Source: Tubulanus polymorphus
Taxonomy: Eukaryota > Animalia > Nemertea
NCBI RefSeq assembly: GCF_964204645.1
Contig: NW_027437461.1
Span: forward strand, 31,001 to 95,000
Length of the DNA stretch: 64,000 nucleotides
Direction of reading: 5' to 3'
In this document: one piece after another, positions 1-10,811 of the stretch
Position numbering within the stretch: the first letter of the stretch is position 1
Layout of the letters: every line of letters begins with the position of its first letter
The notes under the pieces: model-generated
The model's input: only the letters and a program-made list of their open reading frames with translations
The model's database searches: none
Told to the model about the DNA's origin: nothing
Translations under genes and position numbers: made by a program

Positions 1-1
1 A

Positions 2-283
2 AAAGCTAAGAAAAAGAAATTAACTGATATGAATGAATCACAGAAATGATCTGATATTGATTCAAATAATAATCCATCTGATTCTTCTAATAGTGGAAGA
101 AATAATTACTTATATATTACAATTGGGTTAATCACAATTATTATATTCTCTGGTGTAATATATAAATCAAAATTCAAATCTGATGATAAAGATGATTCCA
201 ATGATAATAAACCTATCATACCAGAAAATAAGTCAAATCATAAAGTCATTGAAACTAAATCTAAATTATTATTAATGGATTAA
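2..283 (+). pseudogene. 3' part of a Polinton single-pass membrane protein
   Basis: Frame 2 reads KAKKKKLTDMNESQK*...NNYLYITIGLITIIIFSGVIYKSK...LLLMD*; one TM helix and one internal stop. Confidence 0.5.
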
Positions 284-289
284 AATAAG

Positions 290-1373
290 ATGAAAAAAGA
301 ACAATATTTAAGAGAGTTATATTATAACCCAGAGAGTGAAGTATCATATTCTAACGTTTCAGAATTATGGAATAAAATTAAATCTGATAATGAAAATAAA
401 ATATAGTGAACTAAGATTATGGTTACAAAATCAACCAACATATCAAAGCCATAAGAAAATGGATAAAACTTATTTAACAAGAAAAGTTATGGTTTCATAT
501 ATCGATCAACAATGGCAAGCTGATTTAATTGACATGAAGAACTTAGAAGAATACAACAAAGGATATTTCTGGATACTGAATGTTATAGACATATTCAGTC
601 GATACGCATGGTCAATTCCAATCAAAAATAAAACTGGTATAGAAGTGACAAATGCTTTTAAATCTATATTTAAAGAAGCTATTCCAGATAAGATACAATT
701 TGATGAAGGTAAGGAATTTTATAACAAATATTTTAAAAAACTATTATCTGATAACGATGTAGATTATTTTTCAACACATTCAGATAAAAAAGCATCTATT
801 ATAGAAAGATTTAATAAAACATTGAAAACTAGGAATGTGGAAATATTTTCCTGCTAATGAAACATATAAATATATCGATGTGTGAGATGATTTAGTGAAA
901 GGTTATAATAATTCTAAACATAGTTCTATAAATATGAAACCTATACAAGCTAGAAAAGAAGATAATTCAGAAATAGTTTGGAATAATTTATATGGAGCGT
1001 TTGTTACACATGATTTCGGCGAACCTAAATTTAAGATTGGACAACATGTAAGAATATCTAAATATAGAAAAACATTTTATAAAGGTTATACCCCTAATTT
1101 TACAGAAGAAATATTCAAGATAAAAAAGATAATATTAACTAAACCATTTGTTTATAAATTGGAAGATTTACAAGATGAAGAAATATTAGGTTATTTCTAT
1201 GAACAAGAATTATCACTTGTACCAAACCCAGATGAAATAGAATATAAAATAAAAAAGTATTGAAAACAAAAACTCTTAAAGGAAAAAAGTATTCTTTGGT
1301 GAAATATAAAGGATATGATGATAAATTTAATGAATGGATTTTATCTAGTAAAATTAAAAGAATAAATGAATAA
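290..1373 (+). pseudogene. Retroviral-type (rve) integrase with C-terminal chromodomain
   Basis: ATG at 290 (MKKEQYLRELYYNP); DDE core QWQADLIDM, VIDIFSRYAW, IQFDEGKEF, ASIIERFNKTLK; KGYTPNFTEEIF; chromodomain LVKYKGYDDKFNEWI at ~1296-1340. Frameshifts near 390, 835 and 1255 and an in-frame TGA near 883. Confidence 0.92.
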
Positions 1374-1978
1374 AGATTTATTTATATTTGAACCGCATAA
1401 TATGTTAGTTACTGGAGTAACCAATTGTGGTAAAACACATTTCATATTAGATTTGTTAGAAACTATTTATAAGAATCATTTTGATAATATAATATTATTC
1501 TGTCCTACTTATGAAATGAATAAAACATATAATAGAGATATAGTTGAGATAAAAAAGTTTATTATATTAAATCCTAAAACAGGAAAAAGAAAATTTAGAT
1601 AATTGTATTAAAATAGCAATTGATACTTATAAAGGATCAAATACATTATTCATTGTAGATGATTGCGCAAATTTACATGATTCAAAAGTGAGAGAAAGTG
1701 AGTTATGTTATTTAGCTTTCTCTGGGAGACATTTCGGGATAACAATATGGGTTTTAAATCAAAAATATAATTCAATTGTTAAAGACTTTAGGGAGAATAT
1801 AAGATTTCTAGTTTTATTCTACAATAAAGATAGAAAATCTATGCAACAATCATTGGAAGAAAATCAAATTATACCAACTGAATTACATGATGAATATATG
1901 AATAAATTAAAGAATAATAAAGGTTCAAAATTATTACTGAGACTACAATTTCCCTATGAATATAAATTTATAAAATAA
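1366..1978 (+). pseudogene. A32/FtsK-like DNA packaging ATPase
   Basis: Walker A GVTNCGKT; Walker B LFIVDDC (~1646-1666); SGRH, LNQKY and FREN motifs; frameshift near 1585. Confidence 0.9.
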
Positions 1979-1996
1979 CTATTTATATATCTATGT

Positions 1997-2073
1997 ATTA
2001 GATACCCTAATACCTGATACCCCATTAGATACCCTAATACCTGATACCCTATTAGATACCCTATTAGATACCT
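1997..2073. repeat. Short tandem repeat (TTAGATACCC / CTGATACCC variants) between convergent genes
   Basis: About 8 ATACC-containing units of 6-12 bp between the ATPase stop and the stop of ORF 2132-3025. Confidence 0.8.
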
Positions 2074-2131
2074 TAAATACTTAAAACCCCCTTTTTTATT
2101 TACTATTATTTTATACAATTTTCAACCTTTA

Positions 2132-3025
2132 TTACTTTTTGAGTGTTAGATAATTACTTTCTGAATCACTTTCACTATCAGACCCTAACAAGCTATTCAA
2201 TTTCTCTACCGTATCTTCTTCTAATTCTTCATTATTTTTATACTTATTCTTCGCCATTTTTACCGCATCATCAATAGTTGTTTCATTGTTATGCTTATTC
2301 TTCCAATCAAATTTATCTTTATTATCAATGCGCTTTCCTGTATTTTCATTATTATCTTTATTAGTGTTTGCTCCTAATATTTCATTTACAGTGTTTGATC
2401 CTAATATTTCATTAGCATCGGTTAAATCTAATTCATCTTTATTAGGTGTTGCTAATAAAAAATCTTCATATAATTCTTTACCATTTACTTTTTTATTTGA
2501 AACAAACTTTGTAACATATCTAAATGGGTGTTCTATAAATTCTCTTAAACCAACACGTTCTATAACATTAGTAATATGTGAATTTGTATTCATATGTTTA
2601 TTCCAATTTGATGGAGCGTTTGAAAATTCACCTTTACAATAATCACAATAATTTCTATTTTTACTAGCATTTAATATTATTGCATTATTATATGTAGAAG
2701 GTATTACATTATTAGATGTAGCAGGTATTACATTATTAGATGTAGTAGGTATTACATTATTAGATGTAGTAGGTATTACATTATTAGATGTAGAAGGTAT
2801 TACATTATTAGATGTAGAAGGTATAACATTATTATCAATTACATTACTTAAATTATCAACAACTTCACTTTTATTATTATCGATTTCTATTAGTTTAGTT
2901 TTATAAATTTTGAAAATAGGATCAAATATCAAAGCTATATTACAAGGTTTTACATAATATAAACCATCATTATTTTCATGTGTATCGATGTATGGAATAT
3001 GTTTATATACTTTACCTCCTTCCAT
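2132..3025 (-). CDS. Polinton accessory protein with 8-aa repeats and a C2H2 zinc finger
   Basis: Intact 297 aa ORF; six NNVIP(S/T/A)T(S/Y) repeats (24-bp unit at ~2690-2835); YCDYCKGEFSNAPSNWNKHMNTNSH; acidic serine tail. Confidence 0.7.
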   Translation of the reverse strand: MEGGKVYKHIPYIDTHENNDGLYYVKPCNIALIFDPIFKIYKTKLIEIDNNKSEVVDNLSNVIDNNVIPSTSNNVIPSTSNNVIPTTSNNVIPTTSNNVIPATSNNVIPSTYNNAIILNASKNRNYCDYCKGEFSNAPSNWNKHMNTNSHITNVIERVGLREFIEHPFRYVTKFVSNKKVNGKELYEDFLLATPNKDELDLTDANEILGSNTVNEILGANTNKDNNENTGKRIDNKDKFDWKNKHNNETTIDDAVKMAKNKYKNNEELEEDTVEKLNSLLGSDSESDSESNYLTLKK

Positions 3026-3057
3026 TTATTATATATATTTTTATTAAAGTTAAAATT

Positions 3058-4310
3058 TTAATACATAACACTATCTAATTGTGAATTTACAATATTTAAT
3101 TGTGCGTCAGATATAATATAAATGTGCATTTTAAAATTTTTGATTCCTTTATTTTTTGTCATGAATAATTGTATTCCATCTTTAGTGTTTTGTAGTTTTT
3201 TTCTAGAACCATGTAATGAATTATCCTCTGTTGTTCTAAAATCTAACCATAATGCATATTTATTACCGGTATAATAATCAATTTGATTAATATTACAATT
3301 TTCAGATGATTTCACTTTTTCATTCATAAAATGTTTTCTAATTTCTGGCCATTGATCTATCATTCTCATTCCTTGACAAAATATTTTATTTGCTATTCCT
3401 TCGATAGTTATTTCTACTTTTGTTATTTCAGGATTATAATAATTATCAACATTTATTGCGCCATTAGTATATGTTGCAATGGTAAAAAATATTAATATAC
3501 CTTTAATAGATCTTCTTGGTAAGTTAATATTCTCATTAATAATTTCATCATTTGCATTAATAGTTACAGTTTTAAATTTATCAATATAATCATATAATAA
3601 TGAAAATCCTTGATTGTATAAAGTTTGAATTATACTTGAAATATTTTCATCAGTTACTATTATCAGTCATATTCCAAACATATATTCGATAATTTATAAC
3701 TCATATCTTTATTAACGCTAGATATTACGATTTCATTAACAGGAGCAAATGTTATTTCGAATATAACGTCTTCTTGAATTGCGTATTTATATAAAGGTGC
3801 ATTGTTATTTATCAATTCAAAGTCTAATGGAATTTTATATTTGCTTCCATATATACTTTTTATAAATTTATCTACAGCATTAGTTAATATTGCATTATGT
3901 GCTTCTGATCTTAATTTATTTTGGTTTTCTGATTGGATTCCTTGAAATATCATATTATTTCTATTTTCTTTAGTTAACCATAAATCTTTATAATGCATGA
4001 ATAAATTATAATCATCTAATGAGAAAACTGTTTCTGGACCAATCTTTATAGTTAATTTTTTAATCAAATATCTTCCAACATTATCAACAACATAATTATT
4101 ATTATTACCGATTACTTTTATATCGGCTGATAAATAAATACTATTTGGAACATAAAAAGTATTTTGTGTTAATCGAGGGATTCTAACATATAAAGTTTCA
4201 TCGGGATTAATATTAGAAGGGTTATGAGTAATTATATGATGTGATCTTTCTGCTTTAATAGCATTAGATATTCTATGATTCTTAGAAGGATTTATGTAAC
4301 TTCCACTCAT
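3058..4310 (-). pseudogene. Major capsid protein (double jelly-roll, group II Polinton/adintovirus type)
   Basis: N-terminal HIITHNPSNINPDETLYVRIP, middle NINLPRRSIKGILIFF and YNPEITKVEITIEG, C-terminal KYALWLDFRT...LHG...DAQLNI. About 415 aa after joining across a frameshift at ~3662. Confidence 0.82.
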
Positions 4311-4330
4311 TTATTTAACAAAAAAATTAA

Positions 4331-6757
4331 TTATTTATTTTTTATCATATTCACTAACCCAAAAATAATTGCACTTACAACTGTAATTAAAAATAAAATA
4401 ATATGTTCAGCAGCAAAGTTAATAATGTTTCCTGCAGATTTCAATATAAAACCAACAATTGATGCAATAATTCCTGGTAAAGCTGCAGCAGATTTCTTTG
4501 ATAGTTCCCATAAATATTTTGCTAATTTCTTTAAACCATCCTTAACTTTATCTTGTATAGAATTATTATCATTCGGGGGTTTATCTGGTTTATTGGGAGT
4601 AGGAGTAGATTTCAAAGAATTTGATATTGCTAAACCAATTGTTGTGAATAACATAGTTACAGCCGTTAGAATTGAAAGAATTGTTATTCCTTCAAACTTA
4701 AATAATAATTTTATTCTATCTTTCAATGATATTCTAGAATCTGGTTTTATTAGATATCTTTTAAAATCATCTTTTAATCTATCAATATTATAATCATATG
4801 ATTTTAATAATAATTTAATTTCTTCTTTTTGTAATTCTATGTTATATTCTAAATCATCTTTTTCTTTTTCTAAACGTAATTCTTTTTGCCTATATTCTAT
4901 TTCATCAATAACTTTATTATCTCTATCTAATTTTAATTGTTCTATTTCTTTATTTTTATCAGTTAATTCTTTTTCTAAAAATCTAATTTTAAAATCTCTT
5001 ATTTCTTTTTCATGCGCAATTTTATCAGATGCATGTCTTATACTAATAATCTCTCTAATTGCTTTATCAGAAAATATATCTAAATCTTCTAATTCTTGAT
5101 CTGTTGCATCAAGTAATCCCTTCGGTAAAAGTTTTTCAGTTTGAACTTCTCTTGAATTAGGTCTACTAGTTTTGGAAGTTATATTCTGTTCAGAAGTTGT
5201 TTCTGGTTCTAAATTATTATCGATTGTTTCAAATAATTTATTAATTCTTTGTTTAAATACTCTTTCATTTTTAATAATTTCTTCTTGTGTTACATCTTCT
5301 GGTTCATTACTATTTCTTATTCTTTTAATTCTAGATAGGTCTAACTTAAGCAAAGTTGATTCTGCTAATATTTTGTTTTGTTTTTTATAAGAGATATCAA
5401 TATAATAATCATCTTTCAAACGATAATAATATTCACCATCTAAAAACTTTAATTCTTGTACTAAAAGTCTGGCGCCTCTGGCATTTATATTATATCCAGA
5501 TTCTTCAAATACATGTTTGAAATTATAAATATATTCATTATATTCTAAATTTTCCTTTAAAACTCTTCAGTTGGCGTCACCACGCCTCACGTGACAGCTT
5601 AAACAAAGAGACTAGGTCGTGGTCACGCCTCAAGTGACGGTTCCTATTACCCCCGATAGATGGCAAAGTAGTCAAGCCTGGCTGCTGACACTGAGTCAGT
5701 ATGCTCTATAGAGAGCCACTATGCTCTATAGAGAGCTCACAAGCGATTGTATATACTCTACACACACAGGCAGTATGTACTGGTTGTCGTCGGCAACCAG
5801 GAATGTGAGTGTTGTATCAGCGGTTTTGGACCATATTCCTTGTTTCGACATATACCATACCTAGCTCAATTATCGCTTAGAACATATCAATCTTTTAACT
5901 AAACAAACTTGCAAAATGCAATCTTATCACTAAATAAACTCTCAAATTAATGCCTAATTATCTGAAAACCCTGGGTCATCTGGGGGGTCAAGATGACCCC
6001 CAGATGACTCCCTGACACGTTTTATATCAAGGAAATGAGATATCTAGAGGATTCAGAGGATCAACATTGAGGAAACCCAAAGAAACCAAACAACTGAGAA
6101 GTGATTACGAAATCAGCGAAAATTGAGCGATTTTCACTTTTTTGAGACCCTGAGGATTTTTTGAAATTTCGGACCCCCCAAAGAATAAAATGACTGCCCA
6201 GGATGGTTTTCTTGTTGTCCTATGATATTATGAAAGAAAATAGCTATTTACTATTTTATTTGTATAAGATTCTGGCTTCTAAAGTGCAATACAAAGACGT
6301 TTTTGGTTGCGTGACCTCAACTTGACCTCAGGTTTTGGGGGGTCCTACCTTGCACCCGTAGGTCCAAACTTTTTATTACTAACATTTTCTGGTAGAGATA
6401 CCTATTAGCTTCATAACAGATATTGGTTTTAGGAGGGTCTCTACACTGGAAATGTATCTAACTTTACATAGAAATCATAAGACAATAAAGGCCAAAATTA
6501 ATTCCCCACATTGAATGGATAATGAAGAAATATATCCCCAGCGGATTTTCATTTTCAATAGGTATTCTCGATCTAGTTCTTCTATCAAATTCATCTGTTG
6601 ATGGGGCTTTAGAACCACTATCTGCTAAATTAGAATTATATGCTGATTCATTACCATCATCAATATTAGTTTCTGCATCATTTTAATCATCATCAATATA
6701 TCCTTCATTATTATTTCCCATTTCTCCCATTTCATAATCTTCTCCGCCTTCTGCCAT
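4331..6757 (-). pseudogene. GasderminX-like coiled-coil membrane protein, interrupted by insertion 5567-6544
   Basis: Starts MAEGGEDYEMGE at 6757 with an in-frame TAA at 6683-6685. Removing the insertion restores IENEN-RVLKENL in frame. A long coiled coil is followed by hydrophobic/amphipathic helices SLKDRIKLLFKFEGITILSILTA...LPGIIASIVGFIL. Confidence 0.72.
5567..6544. mobile_element. 978-bp non-autonomous insertion without TSD or TIR
   Basis: Higher GC than the flanks, clean in-frame rejoin of the host ORF, internal hairpin at ~5975-6008; the boundaries can slide by 1 bp. Confidence 0.7.
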
Positions 6758-6773
6758 TTACATAATAAAAAAA

Positions 6774-8158
6774 TTAAAATTTAAAATATAATATTCCTCC
6801 GATTACAATTCCTATACAAGTTATAGCTAATTTAGTATTTTCATGGGATTTATTATCATCATTTAGTTTAACTATTTCATGTTGAATATTATCAGTTTTT
6901 ATATTTTCTGATGTATTGTAATCTTTTATTTTAGAATCATTATTTAATTTAATATTATTAGTTTTAGTTTCTGTTGATTGAATGTGTTTTTTATTTTTTT
7001 CACCTTCCATTAATTTTGGAGCAGTAATAATCTTTTTATTTATATCATTCAATCCAAATGAATTATTTATTGTTGCAGTTTTAATTAGATTATTATAACC
7101 AATTATATTTCCCATCTTTAATACTAAATCATTAGAAATAATCAATAGATTAGGGCCCATACAATAATTTAATCTAATATGTGATTTATCTTAATAATTT
7201 TGATATCTTACAATGTTTTCCGGAATCGATCTATTTTTATCATTATGAAGGGAATCTTCAAATAATACTTTAAATTGTTTCTGTGTATCAAATGATGTAT
7301 TCAAATTTCCAATTATTGGGGATCTTGTTTCAACTTGTGCACCTAGAATACATATCAAATAAGTTCTAATAGATTGATTTATTCTTTGTATACCAGCTTT
7401 AGTAAAACATTATTTTCTAAAATGAAATAAACCCAACCGTTATTGTTTTCTTGTTTCAAATTATCATAAAATTTCGGTAATTTATTGAAATTTAATGTTT
7501 CTAAATCCTTAGTTTCTATTTTACCATAACCTAATTTATTATTATAGATATTATAAAAACTATTAGATGGTATGGGAAGTGCACAATATTCTGCAATCTT
7601 TTTAGGGCAAGGAAGTGATCTTATTGTTCCAATTTTTGTTCTAAAATCAGAATTATTTATATCTATATTAAATTCATTACAAATTTTATAAAACTTTGAT
7701 AAATTAATATTATTATCTAATTCTTTAAAATATCTAGATCCTGGTAAAGCACACTCTAATTCATTTAATATTATTCTGATTTGAAAGTATGTATGAAATC
7801 TAAATAAACTTTGAATTAATTTATATTTAGAATTATTCAAATGATCATTCCAACTTATCCCACATCCTGTTGTTGCACAATAAACAGCAAAATTTAATTG
7901 GTTCTGCCAATACTTCATATTAGATTTTAATAACCATTGTTTTTCATCTTTCAATTTTTTAAAATCAATTAAATATACATGAAATATATTTTCCATCTTT
8001 GCATTAAAATTATTAGTTTCAGTAACATAAATTTCTAAATTAATTAATGAATCTAAAACTTCATTTCTATATATAATATCTTTATTAAAATCTATTGCTG
8101 GAATATTATATTTAATTGATTTGTTATATTGGAAAGCTTTTGGAAAACTATCTACCAT
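6774..8158 (-). pseudogene. Conserved hypothetical group II Polinton protein with C-terminal TM anchor
   Basis: ORFs 7379-8158 and 6774-7160 join across a frameshift at ~7410; YWQNQLNFAVYCATTGCGIS, FRFHTYFQIRIIL, YLICILGAQVETRSPIIG, IIGYNN; C-terminal LAITCIGIVIGGILYF. Confidence 0.7.
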
Positions 8159-8174
8159 TTATATAATTAAAAAA

Positions 8175-8609
8175 TTAATAATTTATTAATTCTTTTAATA
8201 ATTTATCTTGTTCTTCAACTGTTATATGGCCATTTAAACTTATTATATAATCTAGTGTATTCTTTAATTTATTAATTTCTTTTATATTAGTTTTAATTTT
8301 TTCTTTATTACTTTTTATATTTAATTTTGAACTTATACCAGTTAAAACACTTGAACTTAATCCTAATACACCAATTGATATAGCTAAAGGTGTTAATGGA
8401 CTGAATATTGCTAAAAATGTTATTACAGAACTAATTGTAACCGAACCACTGGTAATAAGATAATATACAATTTTACTTTTTAGATATTTTTTCTTTTTTA
8501 TCTTTAAGTCACTTTCAAATTCTAATATTTGTTTTTCTAAATATATTTTTAATTTAGTTTTATTTATATCATGAGGAATAATATCAATACTATCAACTTT
8601 ATCTTCCAT
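8175..8609 (-). CDS. Polinton two-TM protein with coiled coils
   Basis: Intact 144 aa ORF with a central hydrophobic hairpin. Confidence 0.7.
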   Translation of the reverse strand: MEDKVDSIDIIPHDINKTKLKIYLEKQILEFESDLKIKKKKYLKSKIVYYLITSGSVTISSVITFLAIFSPLTPLAISIGVLGLSSSVLTGISSKLNIKSNKEKIKTNIKEINKLKNTLDYIISLNGHITVEEQDKLLKELINY

Positions 8610-8625
8610 TTATTTAGAAAAAAAA

Positions 8626-9051
8626 TTACTAATTAGTAAATTTATAAGCAACAAATATAACAATAACAGTTCCGCCTAAAATCCATATTATTTCATATTT
8701 CTTCTGTTCATTACTTGGGGTATATTAATCTGATAATTTAGGTTTGTATAGATGTAATTTTTCTTTATTTGTTACCGCATTATATAAACTCATTGCATCA
8801 TCAACTGATTGAAAATCTCAATGTGAAATCTTCTGATCATATAATTCTTTATTGATGTAATCCATATAGTTTTGTCTCTTTTCTCTATATTCTTCTGCAG
8901 CTTTATTGTATTTCTCTAACGCTAAGTTATGTCTTCTTTGTTCTCCTAATGAACTATTTTTATCAATATGTTTAAATAAATATCCACCACCAGTAAATGC
9001 CAAAGCGTTAACAATTGCCGATCCTATAATAGTTATAATTGCAGAAGCCAT
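8626..9051 (-). pseudogene. Polinton small membrane protein (N- and C-terminal TM)
   Basis: MASAIITIIGSAIVNALAFTGGGYLF...RRHNLALEKY; the frame continues past two in-frame stops to YTPSNEQKKYEIIWILGGTVIVYFVAY. Confidence 0.68.
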
Positions 9052-9075
9052 TTATTTAGCAAAAAAATTATGCAT

Positions 9076-9297
9076 TTATATGGGAGGAATATATTTTTGT
9101 TTTTCCAAATAATCAATAGTTAAATTAGATAAAATAACTGCTAATGTTAATTTTAAAATATTATTTATATCAAATCTATCAACATTAACACTTCCCATTT
9201 TAAATACTTTTTTTAATACCATTGAATAACCAACAGTTCCAACTGATAGTAATGCTCCATTATATAATCCAGTTATTATCCACTTATTATCACTCAT
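9076..9297 (-). CDS. Polinton small hydrophobic protein
   Basis: 73 aa, two hydrophobic helices, ends DYLEKQKYIP; start in TAAATG context. Confidence 0.68.
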   Translation of the reverse strand: MSDNKWIITGLYNGALLSVGTVGYSMVLKKVFKMGSVNVDRFDINNILKLTLAVILSNLTIDYLEKQKYIPPI

Positions 9298-9653
9298 TTA
9301 TTTATCAAAAAATTACTATCATCAAAATATTTAGTTATCTTATTTATGATTAATTCGACATTTATTTCATTACTAGTTTCATTTGTATATATTTCAATTA
9401 TTATTTTTTTAATATCATCGATGATAAAATCTTCATCTAATTCATAAAATCTTAAAGATTCTCTAATTAAATTAGTAATCTTTTCTACATTTAAAGTTTC
9501 TTTATCTATTGTTTTTTCATACTCAAATGTTGTTTCATTAGAAAATGCAATATTTTTAATATGTGTAATTACATCATTAACGTTAAATTTCATTTCTTTC
9601 TCACGTTTAAAATCAAATCCAAAACATATGCTCGGTCCGACCGTTATATTCAT
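9294..9653 (-). CDS. Polinton hypothetical protein
   Basis: Intact 119 aa ORF in the gene array; start in TAAATG context. Confidence 0.6.
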   Translation of the reverse strand: MNITVGPSICFGFDFKREKEMKFNVNDVITHIKNIAFSNETTFEYEKTIDKETLNVEKITNLIRESLRFYELDEDFIIDDIKKIIIEIYTNETSNEINVELIINKITKYFDDSNFLINK

Positions 9654-9669
9654 TTATATAGTGAAAAAA

Positions 9670-10423
9670 TTACTCTTTACATCTTATAACTAATTCATAA
9701 ATTACAGGGAAATTATTTAAATCAATTAAATATCCATTATGATTTCTTATTTCTAATTTAAAATTATTAAATTTAGGAATGCAAGGTTTGAAATCACATT
9801 CTGTTAAATTATAATTTATTTGCGTTCCAAATTGTTTAACATTTTAAATGGTAAAATATTTAATATACTAGAATTACAAGTTATATCTTTAGTTGCTTCA
9901 AATGTTTTTGTAGGATTAATTTAATTGCAATAAATATAAAAGTGTGTAAAAGTCATTATATTTGTATAAGTTTCAATACTTGAATAATGTCTATCCGGAA
10001 GTATTCCAAACAGTTTATCTAAAGGTTTTCTTACTAGAAATCTATGTTGTTCATTAGTTAACTTTATTCTTATTTTATTCGAACTATCACTTTTGATAAA
10101 TTTAATTTCAAATCGAGCAGCTGAGCCCATTTTTAAACGAGCTCTTTTATTAATTTCTTGCGCTAATGTTTCTAAATTATATAATCCTGGTTTTAGATAA
10201 AGATGAAACCATTTATTCAAATTTCTAACATAATTTTTAAAGCTAAATGATCAAGACTTTTATTCGATATATTATGAAAAGAATTACATAAACTTATATT
10301 AACTAATTTTAAATCAACACAATTCTTGAATTCTCTATCTAATTGTACTAGTAAATTATGTGATTTATAATTTGTAAGCCTTCTAGAATCAACAAATATT
10401 CTGTATTCTTTTAATTCTACCAT
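9670..10423 (-). pseudogene. Minor capsid protein (penton, single jelly-roll)
   Basis: IFVDSR, LKLVNISLCNSFHNI, LKPGLYNLETLAQEIN, HFYIYCN-LIN, C-terminal KLEIRNHNGYLIDLNNFPVIYEL; several frameshifts. Confidence 0.75.
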
Positions 10424-10440
10424 TTATTTTACATATTTTC

Positions 10441-10782
10441 TTATTCGAAATCTATTTCATGGTGCCCTTTTTCATTCTTACCTTTGTATACGAAATAGAA
10501 ATCACCAGAACATAATTCTTCTAAATCTTCACTTGATAATCTATGAAATCTATCCGGTAAATATGTTCTGAATTTATGTGTATTTCCTTTTAATCCTTCA
10601 TATTCTAAGTGTATAACTAATTTATCTCCATATTTGTTAGTAACTGTATCAATATTTGTAATTAGATATTTCTTATGGATTGTTAATTCTGTTAACTTCT
10701 TAAATTTATAATCTACAGATTTTACATTTGAAGTATCTTTTATTCTATTTAAGAATTCACTGTGTGCTTGTTTACTCTCCAT
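10441..10782 (-). CDS. Small probable OB-fold (SSB-like) protein
   Basis: 113 aa; FKKLTELTIHKKYLIT, TNKYGDKLVIHL, YLPDRF and FVYKG pattern; lies next to pPolB. The function is inferred. Confidence 0.55.
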   Translation of the reverse strand: MESKQAHSEFLNRIKDTSNVKSVDYKFKKLTELTIHKKYLITNIDTVTNKYGDKLVIHLEYEGLKGNTHKFRTYLPDRFHRLSSEDLEELCSGDFYFVYKGKNEKGHHEIDFE

Positions 10783-10811
10783 TTATTATACATATTTTTA
10801 TTAAAATTTGA

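Noticed and set aside
2286-5390. Plus-strand ORFs 2286-2642, 4275-4793, 4839-5099 and 5172-5390
   Set aside because: Antisense shadows of minus-strand Polinton genes.
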